DNA of 64,000 bases from an uncultured Gemmatimonadales bacterium (GTDB lineage: Bacteria > Gemmatimonadota > Gemmatimonadetes > Gemmatimonadales > GWC2-71-9): NCBI GenBank assembly GCA_963779755.1, contig CAVZZO010000001.1:1120001-1184000 (forward strand). Reading direction: 5' to 3'. This document shows, piece after piece, positions 11,601-18,563 of this stretch. Position 1 is the stretch's first letter. Each line of letters begins with the position of its first letter. Under the pieces are notes generated by a model. It saw only the letters and a program-made list of their open reading frames with translations, was not told the DNA's origin and searched no databases. The position numbers and the translations under genes are program-made.

Positions 11601-11780
11601 GCCGATACCCGCCGCACCGAGGTCCGCGGCGGGTTGGATACCGAGGTCTCCCGCATCCTCCAGGCCGGACTGCAGTTCGGCTATTCCGTCAACGACGTCA
11701 AGCAGATCAACTCCAGGATTTCGCAGATCTTCCTCGCGGTGACGCTGCAGTTGAGCCTGTATGCGGGGGACTATCGCTAG
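5670..11780 (+). CDS. sprA: SprA/Sov-like T9SS outer-membrane translocon
   Basis: 2036 aa with signal peptide (…MLRA|QADT). SprA-like motifs INVDYNSERDF, IYYQGLTDEIVQRVEVG, GVDYTIDYNLGRV, LDTEDLDGD, GWKLYRIPL, ELWVDDIRV; long beta-strand C-terminal half. Start codon uncertain. Confidence 0.85.
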   Translation: MTIRSSSLLPSGRAGLARVCAVLALLALVPGMLRAQADTSGARLRLRFQHAPLVLKQPAVLRAPWFGGPRLPIALVVAQWDSSLNSTLDSARAAHRLARRLAAIYGAPAGPPVAPPGAGEGEENAAGLLGLNPKYANLALDGQASLEIRTDRTRNERCTPAALLQPSSGCRGSFSAPRLQNQLNLLAGGVIGQRLHINVDYNSERDFTSKNDVQIYYQGLTDEIVQRVEVGTVTFRPPPSRFITAAIPANNFGVNATFELGRMQFQAIAAEQKGSAVATRTYTIGQQVSTPQDRQVRDLDYESGRFFWVVDPVQIPGYPALDILNLNRTSLPAAVRPVQLQVYRYRTYQSQSGPDPNIGGISAVAVSEDSSQVQGRWQLLVKDVDYYQDPSGLWITTSGKLDQNDYLAVSYTTGAGDSVGTLPTTDRPVGPGQAPLDTLRLIIRPQSTPAQATFRHEMRQIYRVGGEDLDRSTLVVNLSVNQSERPQLGGASTYLALLGLSLPSDESQFDVQNRLFPRPQDVVASQSIHQEYIVFPNLQPFGETVLSPAERSDSLYRTPQYLLLTQGPPAKFTFRLRYNSTGVGDRSTLDLNALQLRDGSEHLAVGGLELERGVDYTIDYNLGRVTFLNPDQLFGNSPTVVTARFEERGVFAVAPTTILGGSARYSLGQRGDVNLIGIYQYESTAFNRPPLGFEPTATLVGGINTDLTFQPTAVTRFLNSLTTGGATAPSHLNVRAELAFTKPDPNRSGAAYLEEFEADAGVKVSLAEGAWEYGSRPASPAGLVTEIPDFAAGFDSSWAVQLTWQNLVDNGRGQAVELRAQDIDPNISIVGTGAQRETIMFLTLHADTAGGVVQNNNASRWTQPARPFTPRWRSITTSLSSTGLDLSRNEFLEFWVFQPASHSADSAGVRLMLDLGQVNEDALAIAPESLTVNGADSVYTGRQYVGVGTLDTEREPSGIYNAQTDDTGILGDRPDSLVVNGQLVSRPALCQQVLSSTVLIYPWGDLSSRCSNGNGLLDTEDLDGDRVLNASGPAENAFRYVVNLANSKYFVRDGVQTVDSLGRVAGWKLYRIPLRDAGDTIGTPNIRLIKQLRVTVATGPDNGGPDVVARLALARMQFTGSQWSRRSDTPIAGIGGTIAQPHGQVLVSVVSTENTELGYTSPPGLGNQINQKNGGQDVQGTQINERSLRVLAQDLRAGERSEAYFRFPAGPQNLLRYRQLRVWMRGRGGGWEDGELQAYIKLGSDPRNFYLYRTGATTTSWVPEVSVDLETWRRLRADVESRFLQGQPPNGGTDCGTTDPQAYVACDGPYLVQVGDPGVNPPNLASVQEISAGILRLTESTVIDTAELWVDDIRVTDPISKIGTALALDTRLTASDVGDLSVSYIRQDGNFQQIGQDPTYRTTGALQLASSWRADRFLPKSLGLSVPMSVNYLRSTVNPDLITGTDIPGSGLVGLRRPASWSLNYGITIRRSRTGTDWLTRGFVDPFTFSAALVRGRTTTEYSDAALSNSSFNLAYNLQLRRHGVGINLGGLVDALPGWLRNTAGARGARRFTLALAPTSLRLTSGLTRTESDVSSFLTPVRRPADSSVAAAVNLSHLWRNSASINFQPLTMLNLSGDLTSTRDLRHYADSTTLGRLAEQARTSFLGTDVGVERDRQFSTGLSITPVLTSWLRPRYITGSSFILSRTLNSRPPVRLGDDSMGAFILPQTLNNSRSREFGLTLDPGVALSGLLGDSSSLGSVLKRIRPLDISNRLVRSSTYDLADFEPDLFYMLGLGKREDFLHHQGSDAIGVGETRSTSWSSGADLPFGLGFTLSYGLVHTMQFQQVGGSLVVTDTRQREWPVGTFRLTHSFRSGPLSLLAASMNVRRKEGHTDQPSAGRVVRSGNSSSSAGPSLQLGWRNGLVMLVGYSDISQETESNGNLTRSQQEDVNANLSYAFRLPGSLSRLRKQVRASLYGVLSSNTSCLQRLDTPDCTSIADTRRTEVRGGLDTEVSRILQAGLQFGYSVNDVKQINSRISQIFLAVTLQLSLYAGDYR

Positions 11781-11961
11781 GGATCAGGATTCAGGAGTCA
11801 GGATTCAGGGGCATCAGGCCTGAAGATCCAGCTATTATCGCAAGTGTCGGGCTGCCTCAGGGAAGTCCGCACCAATGCGGCGGAGGGGCGGGGCCCTTTC
11901 AATCCCGGATCCTGAATCCTGACCCCTCGCCCCTGAATCCTGACTCCTGAATCCTGACCCC
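11781..11961. repeat. Inverted heptamer arrays (GGANTCA)n ... (TGANYCC)n enclosing ~95 bp
   Basis: GGATCAGGATTCAGGAGTCAGGATTCAGG at 11781-11809; CCTGAATCCTGAC… at 11911-11961. Confidence 0.85.
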
Positions 11962-11979
11962 TTAATTATCTTCCGCCCC

Positions 11980-12876
11980 ATGCTTCGAAAACTCATTCTC
12001 CTCGTCGCCACCGCCCTGGTGGCGGCCTGCTCCGAGGCGCCCGCCCAGAAGGAATTCGACGCCGGCGCCTTCCGCTACCTGGAACAGCAGGTGGCGTTCG
12101 GGCCCCGTATTCCGGGGCAGCCCGGCCACACCCGGGAGGCCGCCTGGCTGGACTCCCTGCTGCGGCGGCGGGCCGACACGCTGGTGGTCCAGGCGTTCGA
12201 TCATGTCACCGAGACCGGCGACACGCTGCACCTCACCAATTTCATCGCCCGCTTCAAGCCCGCCGCCTCGCGGCGGATTCTCTACCTGGCGCACTGGGAT
12301 ACCCGTCCCCGTGCCGATGCCGACAGCTCCAAGGACAAGACCGCGCCCGTCCCCGGCGCCAACGACGGCGCCTCCGGCGTCGCGCTGCTGCTGGGCGTGG
12401 CCGATGCGCTGCATCGCAGCGCGCCCGGCGTGGGAGTAGACCTGCTCTTCACCGACGGTGAAGATTACGGCGTCTTTGCCGACAGCGTGGATGTGCTGAT
12501 CGGCTCGAAGTATTACGCCGCCCATCCGGTCGCCGGCGAACGGCCGCTCTTTGCCGTGCTCTGGGACATGATCGCCGACAAGGATCTCAAGATTTACCAG
12601 GAGCAGTATTCCCTGGTGGCCGCCCCCGAGGTGGTCTCCCGGGTCTGGGCCGCCGCCGACCGGCTGGGCTACGGGCAGCATTTCAGCCGCCTCCCCGGGG
12701 TGGCCCTGATCGACGACCATGTGCCGCTCCAGCGGGCCGGCTACAGCGCCATCGATGTGGTCGATTTCGATTACCCCTGGTGGCATACCCCCGAGGACAC
12801 GATCGACAAGGTGAGCGCCGCGAGTCTCAAGATCGTGGGGGATGTGGCGGTGCGGGTCATTCGGACGGTGAAGTAG
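11980..12876 (+). CDS. M28-family lipoprotein, likely glutaminyl cyclase (type II QC-like)
   Basis: Lipobox LVAA|C; zinc-site motifs AHWDTRP, GANDGASG, DGEDYG, DMIAD, DDHVP, WWHT. Confidence 0.75.
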   Translation: MLRKLILLVATALVAACSEAPAQKEFDAGAFRYLEQQVAFGPRIPGQPGHTREAAWLDSLLRRRADTLVVQAFDHVTETGDTLHLTNFIARFKPAASRRILYLAHWDTRPRADADSSKDKTAPVPGANDGASGVALLLGVADALHRSAPGVGVDLLFTDGEDYGVFADSVDVLIGSKYYAAHPVAGERPLFAVLWDMIADKDLKIYQEQYSLVAAPEVVSRVWAAADRLGYGQHFSRLPGVALIDDHVPLQRAGYSAIDVVDFDYPWWHTPEDTIDKVSAASLKIVGDVAVRVIRTVK

Positions 12877-12912
12877 GATCGAGGAATCCCCGATCCTCAA
12901 TCCCCAATCCTC
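12877..12912. repeat. Degenerate heptamer array (ATCCYCR)n
   Basis: GAATCCCCGATCCTCAATCCCCAATCCTC. Confidence 0.7.
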
Positions 12913-12976
12913 TTTTCCGGTCCGCTCCGCACTTTCCCGATCCCACCCCGCCGGCGGCGTGCTGGTAGCCTGGGGC

Positions 12977-13624
12977 ATGCGACAGGAACGCCGCGCCATC
13001 CTCCTCCTTGCGGCCCTCGCCGTGGCGGGGCAGGGCGTACGCTACTGGATCACCCGGCCCGGCGACGCTCCCGGCGACGTCCAGCTTCTCGCCGCCCTTC
13101 CCGGGCATTCTGCCATAACTCATGCGGAAGCCGCCACTGCGCTGACACGGCCGCTTGGCCCCGATGAGCGGGTCGATATCGACCGGGCCGACGTCCGGGA
13201 GCTCACCCGGCTTCCCCAGGTCGGTCCCGCGCTGGCGCGGGCCATCGTGGCAGACCGCGATTCCAACGGCGCCTACGGCACCCTGGAGGCGCTGGACCGG
13301 GTCCCGGGCATCGGGCCCGGCACCTTGCGGCGGCTGGGGCCTCATGTGCGGTTCTCCGGTGCGTCGTCGGCTGCCCGGGGCCTTAATCCGGTGCCGCCCG
13401 GAGGCGTCGGGACGGGCCTGGCCGGCGCGGTACCCGTGAATCGGGCCGATCTTGCCCAACTTCAATCCCTGCCGGGAATTGGGCCCTCGCGCGCCCGCGC
13501 CATCCTGGCCTGGCGTGGGCGGCACGGTTCTTTCTCCCGGCTGGAGGACCTGGCCCAGGTCCCGGGCATTTCACTCCGCATGGCAGCGCGGTTGGAGGGG
13601 CTGGTGAGCTTCGCGCTCCCTTGA
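12977..13624 (+). CDS. comEA: ComEA-like DNA-binding protein with two helix-hairpin-helix domains
   Basis: N-terminal hydrophobic anchor; LPQVGPALARAI…VPGIGP and LPGIGPSRARAI…VPGIS. Confidence 0.85.
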   Translation: MRQERRAILLLAALAVAGQGVRYWITRPGDAPGDVQLLAALPGHSAITHAEAATALTRPLGPDERVDIDRADVRELTRLPQVGPALARAIVADRDSNGAYGTLEALDRVPGIGPGTLRRLGPHVRFSGASSAARGLNPVPPGGVGTGLAGAVPVNRADLAQLQSLPGIGPSRARAILAWRGRHGSFSRLEDLAQVPGISLRMAARLEGLVSFALP

Positions 13625-13704
13625 CGGTCCGGGGCCGGTCCGTACTTTAGAACGATGGCGTAAGCCCTTGTCAATTCTCACTCTCCGACAATTCCCAAGA
13701 ATCG

Positions 13705-15411
13705 ATGGCGACCGCAGCGGCCGGCACTGAACGGCTCGGCGACATCCTCATTCGCGAAGGCCTGGTCACTCGCGAGCAGCTGGCCCAGGCCATCGCGGAA
13801 CAGAAGTCCAGCGGCTTCCGCCTGGGCTATGTCCTGGTCAACCTGGGCCTGGTGCAGGAGGTGGAAGTCACCAAGGTGCTGGCCCGGCAGTACCGCATGC
13901 CGGCGGTGGATCTTTCACGTTTCGAGGTCGACCCCAAGATCATCAAGCTGATCCCGTCGGAGTTCGCCACCAAGCACATCGTGCTGCCGCTCAAGCGCGA
14001 GGGCCGCACCCTGACGGTGGCGATGGCCGAACCCACCAACGCCGGCCTGATCGAGGACCTCAAGTTCATTACCCGGTACGATCTCTTCCCCGTCATTGCG
14101 GGCGAGTACACCCTGCGGGCCCTGATCGAGAAGCACTACGAATCGGGCGACCAGCAGCTGCAGTCGCTGTTGCGCGACATGGAAATCGAGGGCGACGTCG
14201 AGGTGGTGGAGGAGCAGGAAGAGGAGATCGCCACCCAGGCGCAGATCGACGACGCGCCGGTGGTGAAGCTGATCAACGGCCTGCTGATCGACGCGGTGAA
14301 GCGCGGCGCCAGCGACATCCACATCGAACCTTTCGAGCACGAAATCCGGGTGCGCTACCGGATCGACGGCGCGCTGCTCGAGGTGATGAAGCCGCCGGTC
14401 AAGATGAAAGCGGCGCTCACCTCGCGGATCAAGATTCTGAGCAACCTGAACATCGCCGAGCGGCGGGTGCCCCAGGACGGCCGGCTCAAGCTGAAGTTCG
14501 GCAACCGGGTAATCGACTTTCGCGTGAGCACCCTGCCGGTGCTCTTCGGCGAGAAGATCGTCCTCCGGATCCTGGACAAGGGCAACCTCACCCTCGACCT
14601 CACCAAGTTCGGGTTCGAACCCAAGTCCGAAAACGACCTCATGCGGGCCATCCTGAATCCCTACGGCATGGTGCTGGTCACCGGGCCGACGGGTTCGGGG
14701 AAGACGACCACGCTGTACTCGGCGCTGCAGCGGATCAACACCATGGAAGTCAACATCATGACCGCCGAGGATCCGGTCGAGTACAACCTGATGGGCATCA
14801 ACCAGGTGCTGGTGCGGAACGAAATCGGGCTCAGCTTCGCGGCGGCGCTGAAGGCGTTCCTGCGGCAGGATCCCAACATCATCATGATCGGCGAGATCCG
14901 CGACCTCGAAACCGGCAGCATCGCCATCAAGGCGGCGCTCACCGGCCATCTGGTGCTCTCCACCCTGCACACCAACGACGCGCCCAGCACCATTACCCGT
15001 ATGATCGACATGGGGGTGGAAGCCTTCAACGTGGCCAGCGCGGTCAATCTGGTCGCGGCCCAGCGGCTGGTGCGGCGGATCTGTGTGGACTGCAAGGCCC
15101 CGACCGAGTACAGCGACGACCAGCTCAAGGCGCTGGGGCCCGATCTCGAACAATATCGCCACTTTCCCTTCATGAAGGGGAAAGGGTGCGAGACTTGCAG
15201 CGGCACCGGCTACAAGGGCCGCGCCGGGTTGTACGAGGTGATGGCCCTCTCTCCCGAGTTGCGCCGGATGGTCCTCCGGGGAGCCTCGGTGGCCGAGCTG
15301 CGCGACCAGGCGGTCTCCGAGGGGATGCTGACGCTCCGGATGGACGGCATGAAGAAGGTCGAACGCGGGGTCACCACGCTCGAAGAGGTCATCAAGGAGA
15401 CGGCCGCATGA
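13705..15411 (+). CDS. pilB: Type IV pilus assembly ATPase PilB
   Basis: MshEN N-terminus, ASDIHIEP, GPTGSGKT, AEDPVE, LRQDPNII, STLHTND, CxxC…CxxC. Confidence 0.97.
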   Translation: MATAAAGTERLGDILIREGLVTREQLAQAIAEQKSSGFRLGYVLVNLGLVQEVEVTKVLARQYRMPAVDLSRFEVDPKIIKLIPSEFATKHIVLPLKREGRTLTVAMAEPTNAGLIEDLKFITRYDLFPVIAGEYTLRALIEKHYESGDQQLQSLLRDMEIEGDVEVVEEQEEEIATQAQIDDAPVVKLINGLLIDAVKRGASDIHIEPFEHEIRVRYRIDGALLEVMKPPVKMKAALTSRIKILSNLNIAERRVPQDGRLKLKFGNRVIDFRVSTLPVLFGEKIVLRILDKGNLTLDLTKFGFEPKSENDLMRAILNPYGMVLVTGPTGSGKTTTLYSALQRINTMEVNIMTAEDPVEYNLMGINQVLVRNEIGLSFAAALKAFLRQDPNIIMIGEIRDLETGSIAIKAALTGHLVLSTLHTNDAPSTITRMIDMGVEAFNVASAVNLVAAQRLVRRICVDCKAPTEYSDDQLKALGPDLEQYRHFPFMKGKGCETCSGTGYKGRAGLYEVMALSPELRRMVLRGASVAELRDQAVSEGMLTLRMDGMKKVERGVTTLEEVIKETAA

Positions 15412-16535
15412 CGGTCAATCTGCGCGCGCTGCTGGAGGAAGTCATCGAAAAGGAGGCCTCGGACCTGCACATCACGGCAGGCGAGCGGCCCAAGCTCCGG
15501 ATCGACGGCGAGATCACCAATGCCTCGGCCCCGGACGTCCTCACGCCGAAGGACACGCTGCAGCTGGCCTATTCGGTTCTCACCGAAAACCAGAAGAAGC
15601 GCTTCGAGCAGGAGGACGAGCTCGACTTCTCCTTCGGCATCCAGAACCTGGCGCGCTTCCGCGGCAACGTCTTCAAGCAGCGGGGCTGCGTGGCCATGGT
15701 GATCCGGATGATCCCCTTCAACGTGAAGACCTTCCAGGATCTCGGCCTGCCGCCCATCGTGGCCCGGCTGGCGGAGAAGCCCCGGGGCCTGATTCTGGTC
15801 ACCGGCCCCACCGGGTCGGGCAAGTCCACCACCCTGGCGGCGGTCGTGGACAAGATCAACAAGGAGCGCAAGGGGCACATCATCACGGTGGAGGACCCGA
15901 TCGAATTCATCCACCGGCACCACGCCTGTATCATCAACCAGCGAGAAGTAGGCACCGACACCAAGAGCTTCGCCAACGCGCTGAAGTACGCCCTGCGCGA
16001 AGACCCGGACGTGATCCTGGTGGGTGAGATGCGCGACCTCGAAACGGTCGCCGCCACCCTCACCATCGCGGAAACGGGCCACCTGGCCCTGGCGACGCTG
16101 CACACCAATTCGGCGGCGGAGTCCATCAACCGCATCATCGACGTCTTCCCCTCCAACCAGCAGTCGCAGGTACGGGCCCAGCTCGCCTTCGTGCTGGAAG
16201 GAGTCATCACCCAGACCCTGCTGCAGAAGTCCCGCGGCCGGGGGCGGGTCATGGCGGCGGAAATCATGGTGGCCACGCCCGCCATCCGCGCCCTCATCCG
16301 CGATGACAAGATCCACCAGATCTACTCGGCCATGCAGGCCGGCAAGAAGCACGGCATGCAGACCATGAACGACGCGCTGTACCAGTTGTTCGTCGAGCGC
16401 GAAATCACCCAGGAAGAGGCGCTCCGGGTGAGCAGCGATCCCAACGAGTTCCTCCGCATGATCGGCGAGACCCCCCAGGGAGACCAGGACATCGTCTCCG
16501 TCGACAAATCCGCCCGTCCCGCGCTGCGGCGCTGA
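15408..16535 (+). CDS. pilT: Type IV pilus retraction ATPase PilT
   Basis: ASDLHI, GPTGSGKST, EDPIEF, LREDPDVILVGEMRD, TLHTNSA, AIRALIRD (AIRNLIRE-like), GMQTM. ATGA overlap with pilB. Confidence 0.97.
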   Translation: MTVNLRALLEEVIEKEASDLHITAGERPKLRIDGEITNASAPDVLTPKDTLQLAYSVLTENQKKRFEQEDELDFSFGIQNLARFRGNVFKQRGCVAMVIRMIPFNVKTFQDLGLPPIVARLAEKPRGLILVTGPTGSGKSTTLAAVVDKINKERKGHIITVEDPIEFIHRHHACIINQREVGTDTKSFANALKYALREDPDVILVGEMRDLETVAATLTIAETGHLALATLHTNSAAESINRIIDVFPSNQQSQVRAQLAFVLEGVITQTLLQKSRGRGRVMAAEIMVATPAIRALIRDDKIHQIYSAMQAGKKHGMQTMNDALYQLFVEREITQEEALRVSSDPNEFLRMIGETPQGDQDIVSVDKSARPALRR

Positions 16536-16552
16536 CCACCAGGAGCTGAGGC

Positions 16553-17755
16553 ATGCCTCTCTTCGAGTACACCGCCCGGAACCAGCAGACCGGGCAGATC
16601 ATGAAGGGCCAGCAGGAGGCCCCCAATCAGGACGAGGTCATGAAGTTCCTGCGCAAGAACCGCCTGGCCGTTATCAACGTCCGCCAGGCGCCGAAGGAGA
16701 TCAAGCTCAGCCTCGGCGGCGGCATCAAGACCCGGGACATCGTGATCTTTACCCGGCAGTTCGCCACGATGATCAACGCGGGCCTGCCGCTGGTGCAGTC
16801 GCTCGACATCCTGGCCCAGCAGACGGAAAACAAGAAGCTCAAGGAGATCGTCCGCCAGGTCGTGTACGATGTCGAAAGCGGCAACACCCTGGCCGACGCC
16901 TTCCGCAAGCACCCCAAGGCCTTCACCGAGCTGTACGTCAACATGGTCGCCGCCGGCGAGGCCGGCGGTATTCTCGACACCATCCTGCTCCGGCTCGCCA
17001 CCTTCCTGGAGAAGAGCGATGCCCTGGTGCGCAAGGTGAAGAGCGCCATGATCTACCCGGGGGTGATCTTCACCGTGGCCGCGGTCGCCGTGGCCGTGCT
17101 GCTGATCTTCGTCATCCCCACCTTCCAGAACATGTTTGCCTCGGTGAACCTGGAACTGCCCCTGCCCACCCGGATCGTGATCGGCGCGTCCGACCTGCTG
17201 ATCAGCTACTGGTGGCTCATCATCGGCGTGCTGGCGCTGAGCGTCGTCGGCGTCAACCGCTACTACCAGACCTACGAGGGGCGCAAGAAGCTCGATCAGA
17301 TGATGCTCAACGCCCCGGTGCTGGGCGACCTGCTGCGCAAGTCGGCCGTCTCCCGTTTCACCCGCACCCTGGGCACCCTGATCTCCTCCGGCGTCTCCAT
17401 TCTGGACGGCCTCGAGATCACGGCCAAGACGGCCGGCAATCGCGTGGTGCACGATGCGGTCATGGCGTCGCGCCAGTCCATCGCGGGCGGGGAAACCATC
17501 GCCCAGCCGCTCGACCGCTCCGGCGTCTTCCCTCCCATGGTGATCAGCATGATCGCCGTGGGCGAGCAGACCGGCGGCCTGGACGAAATGCTGACCAAGA
17601 TCGCCGACTTCTACGATGATGAGGTCGACGTCGCCGTGGGCGCCCTGCTCTCCCTCATGGAGCCCATCATGATCGTGGTCCTGGGCGTCATTGTGGGCGG
17701 CATGGTGGTCGCCATGTACCTGCCGATCTTCGATATGGTGAACGCGGTGCAGTAG
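16553..17755 (+). CDS. pilC: Type IV pilus platform protein PilC
   Basis: FTRQFATMINAGLPL, AGEAGGIL, VGEQTGGLDEML, EPIMI, YLPIF; SD AGGAG upstream. Confidence 0.97.
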   Translation: MPLFEYTARNQQTGQIMKGQQEAPNQDEVMKFLRKNRLAVINVRQAPKEIKLSLGGGIKTRDIVIFTRQFATMINAGLPLVQSLDILAQQTENKKLKEIVRQVVYDVESGNTLADAFRKHPKAFTELYVNMVAAGEAGGILDTILLRLATFLEKSDALVRKVKSAMIYPGVIFTVAAVAVAVLLIFVIPTFQNMFASVNLELPLPTRIVIGASDLLISYWWLIIGVLALSVVGVNRYYQTYEGRKKLDQMMLNAPVLGDLLRKSAVSRFTRTLGTLISSGVSILDGLEITAKTAGNRVVHDAVMASRQSIAGGETIAQPLDRSGVFPPMVISMIAVGEQTGGLDEMLTKIADFYDDEVDVAVGALLSLMEPIMIVVLGVIVGGMVVAMYLPIFDMVNAVQ

Positions 17756-17788
17756 GACGGCAGGGCGGCAGGACGGCAGGACGGCAAG
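17754..17788. repeat. Octamer tandem repeat (GGACGGCA)4, one variant copy
   Basis: AGGACGGCAGGGCGGCAGGACGGCAGGACGGCAAG. Confidence 0.85.
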
Positions 17789-17790
17789 GG

Positions 17791-17816
17791 GGCCCCGGAG
17801 CGATCCGGGGCCTTTT
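17791..17816 (+). terminator. Rho-independent terminator of pilBTC
   Basis: GGCCCCGGA-GCGA-TCCGGGGCC followed by TTTT. Confidence 0.85.
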
Positions 17817-17945
17817 GCATGTGCGATGCGATGGCCAGGCGCCTCACAGGGGCCACCGGGGGGCCCTTCCCTCTGGGGAAAGGGGCCAGAGGGTAGGCCT
17901 ATCGAGGGCCGGTGTATGTTGCAGCCTGGCCCAAAGGAGCATCCT

Positions 17946-18563
17946 CTGGACACTCTCAGCGTTTCCGGTCTTACCCGGCGGTATGGCTCGCGCCTCGTGC
18001 TCGACGGGATCGATCTCGTCGTCCCGGCCGGCTCCCTCACCGCCGTGATCGGTCCCAACGGAGCGGGGAAGACCACGCTGCTGCGCTGCATCGTGGGCGC
18101 GGAACGGCCCGATGCCGGCCACGTGCAGCTGGACGGACGGCCCCTGGACGAAACCGATCCCCGGGTGCGCGCCGCCATGGCGGCGGCGCTCGACGACATG
18201 GGCTTCTTTTCCGACCTGTCCGTGGCGGAGCACCTGGAGCTTCTCGCGCTGGCGCACGGCAGCGATCCCGCCGTCGTTCCCGGCGTCATGGCCGATCTCG
18301 GGCTGGAACCGGCCCGCGACCAGCTCCCCGCCACCCTCTCCAGCGGACAGCGCCGCCGGCTGGCGCTTGCTTCCTGCTTCGTTCGCCCGCGGCGGCTCCT
18401 GGTGCTGGACGAGCCGGAACAGCGGCTGGACGACCGCGGGCGCGCGTGGCTCACACGCCGCCTGCTGGAGGAGAAAGCAGCCGGGACGGCCGTGCTGATG
18501 GCCTCGCACGACGCCGCGCTGGTGGAGGAGGTGGCCGACGCGCTGGTCGAGCTCGGCGGGTGA
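17946..18563 (+). CDS. ABC transporter ATP-binding protein (start CTG 17946 or ATG 17916)
   Basis: GPNGAGKTT, LSSGQRRR, LVLDEP, ASHD. AAGGAG lies 6 nt before CTG 17946. Confidence 0.9.
   Translation: MDTLSVSGLTRRYGSRLVLDGIDLVVPAGSLTAVIGPNGAGKTTLLRCIVGAERPDAGHVQLDGRPLDETDPRVRAAMAAALDDMGFFSDLSVAEHLELLALAHGSDPAVVPGVMADLGLEPARDQLPATLSSGQRRRLALASCFVRPRRLLVLDEPEQRLDDRGRAWLTRRLLEEKAAGTAVLMASHDAALVEEVADALVELGG

Noticed and set aside
11811..11910. Spacer between the heptamer arms as a small gene or ncRNA
   Set aside because: No convincing ORF, SD or recognisable RNA family.
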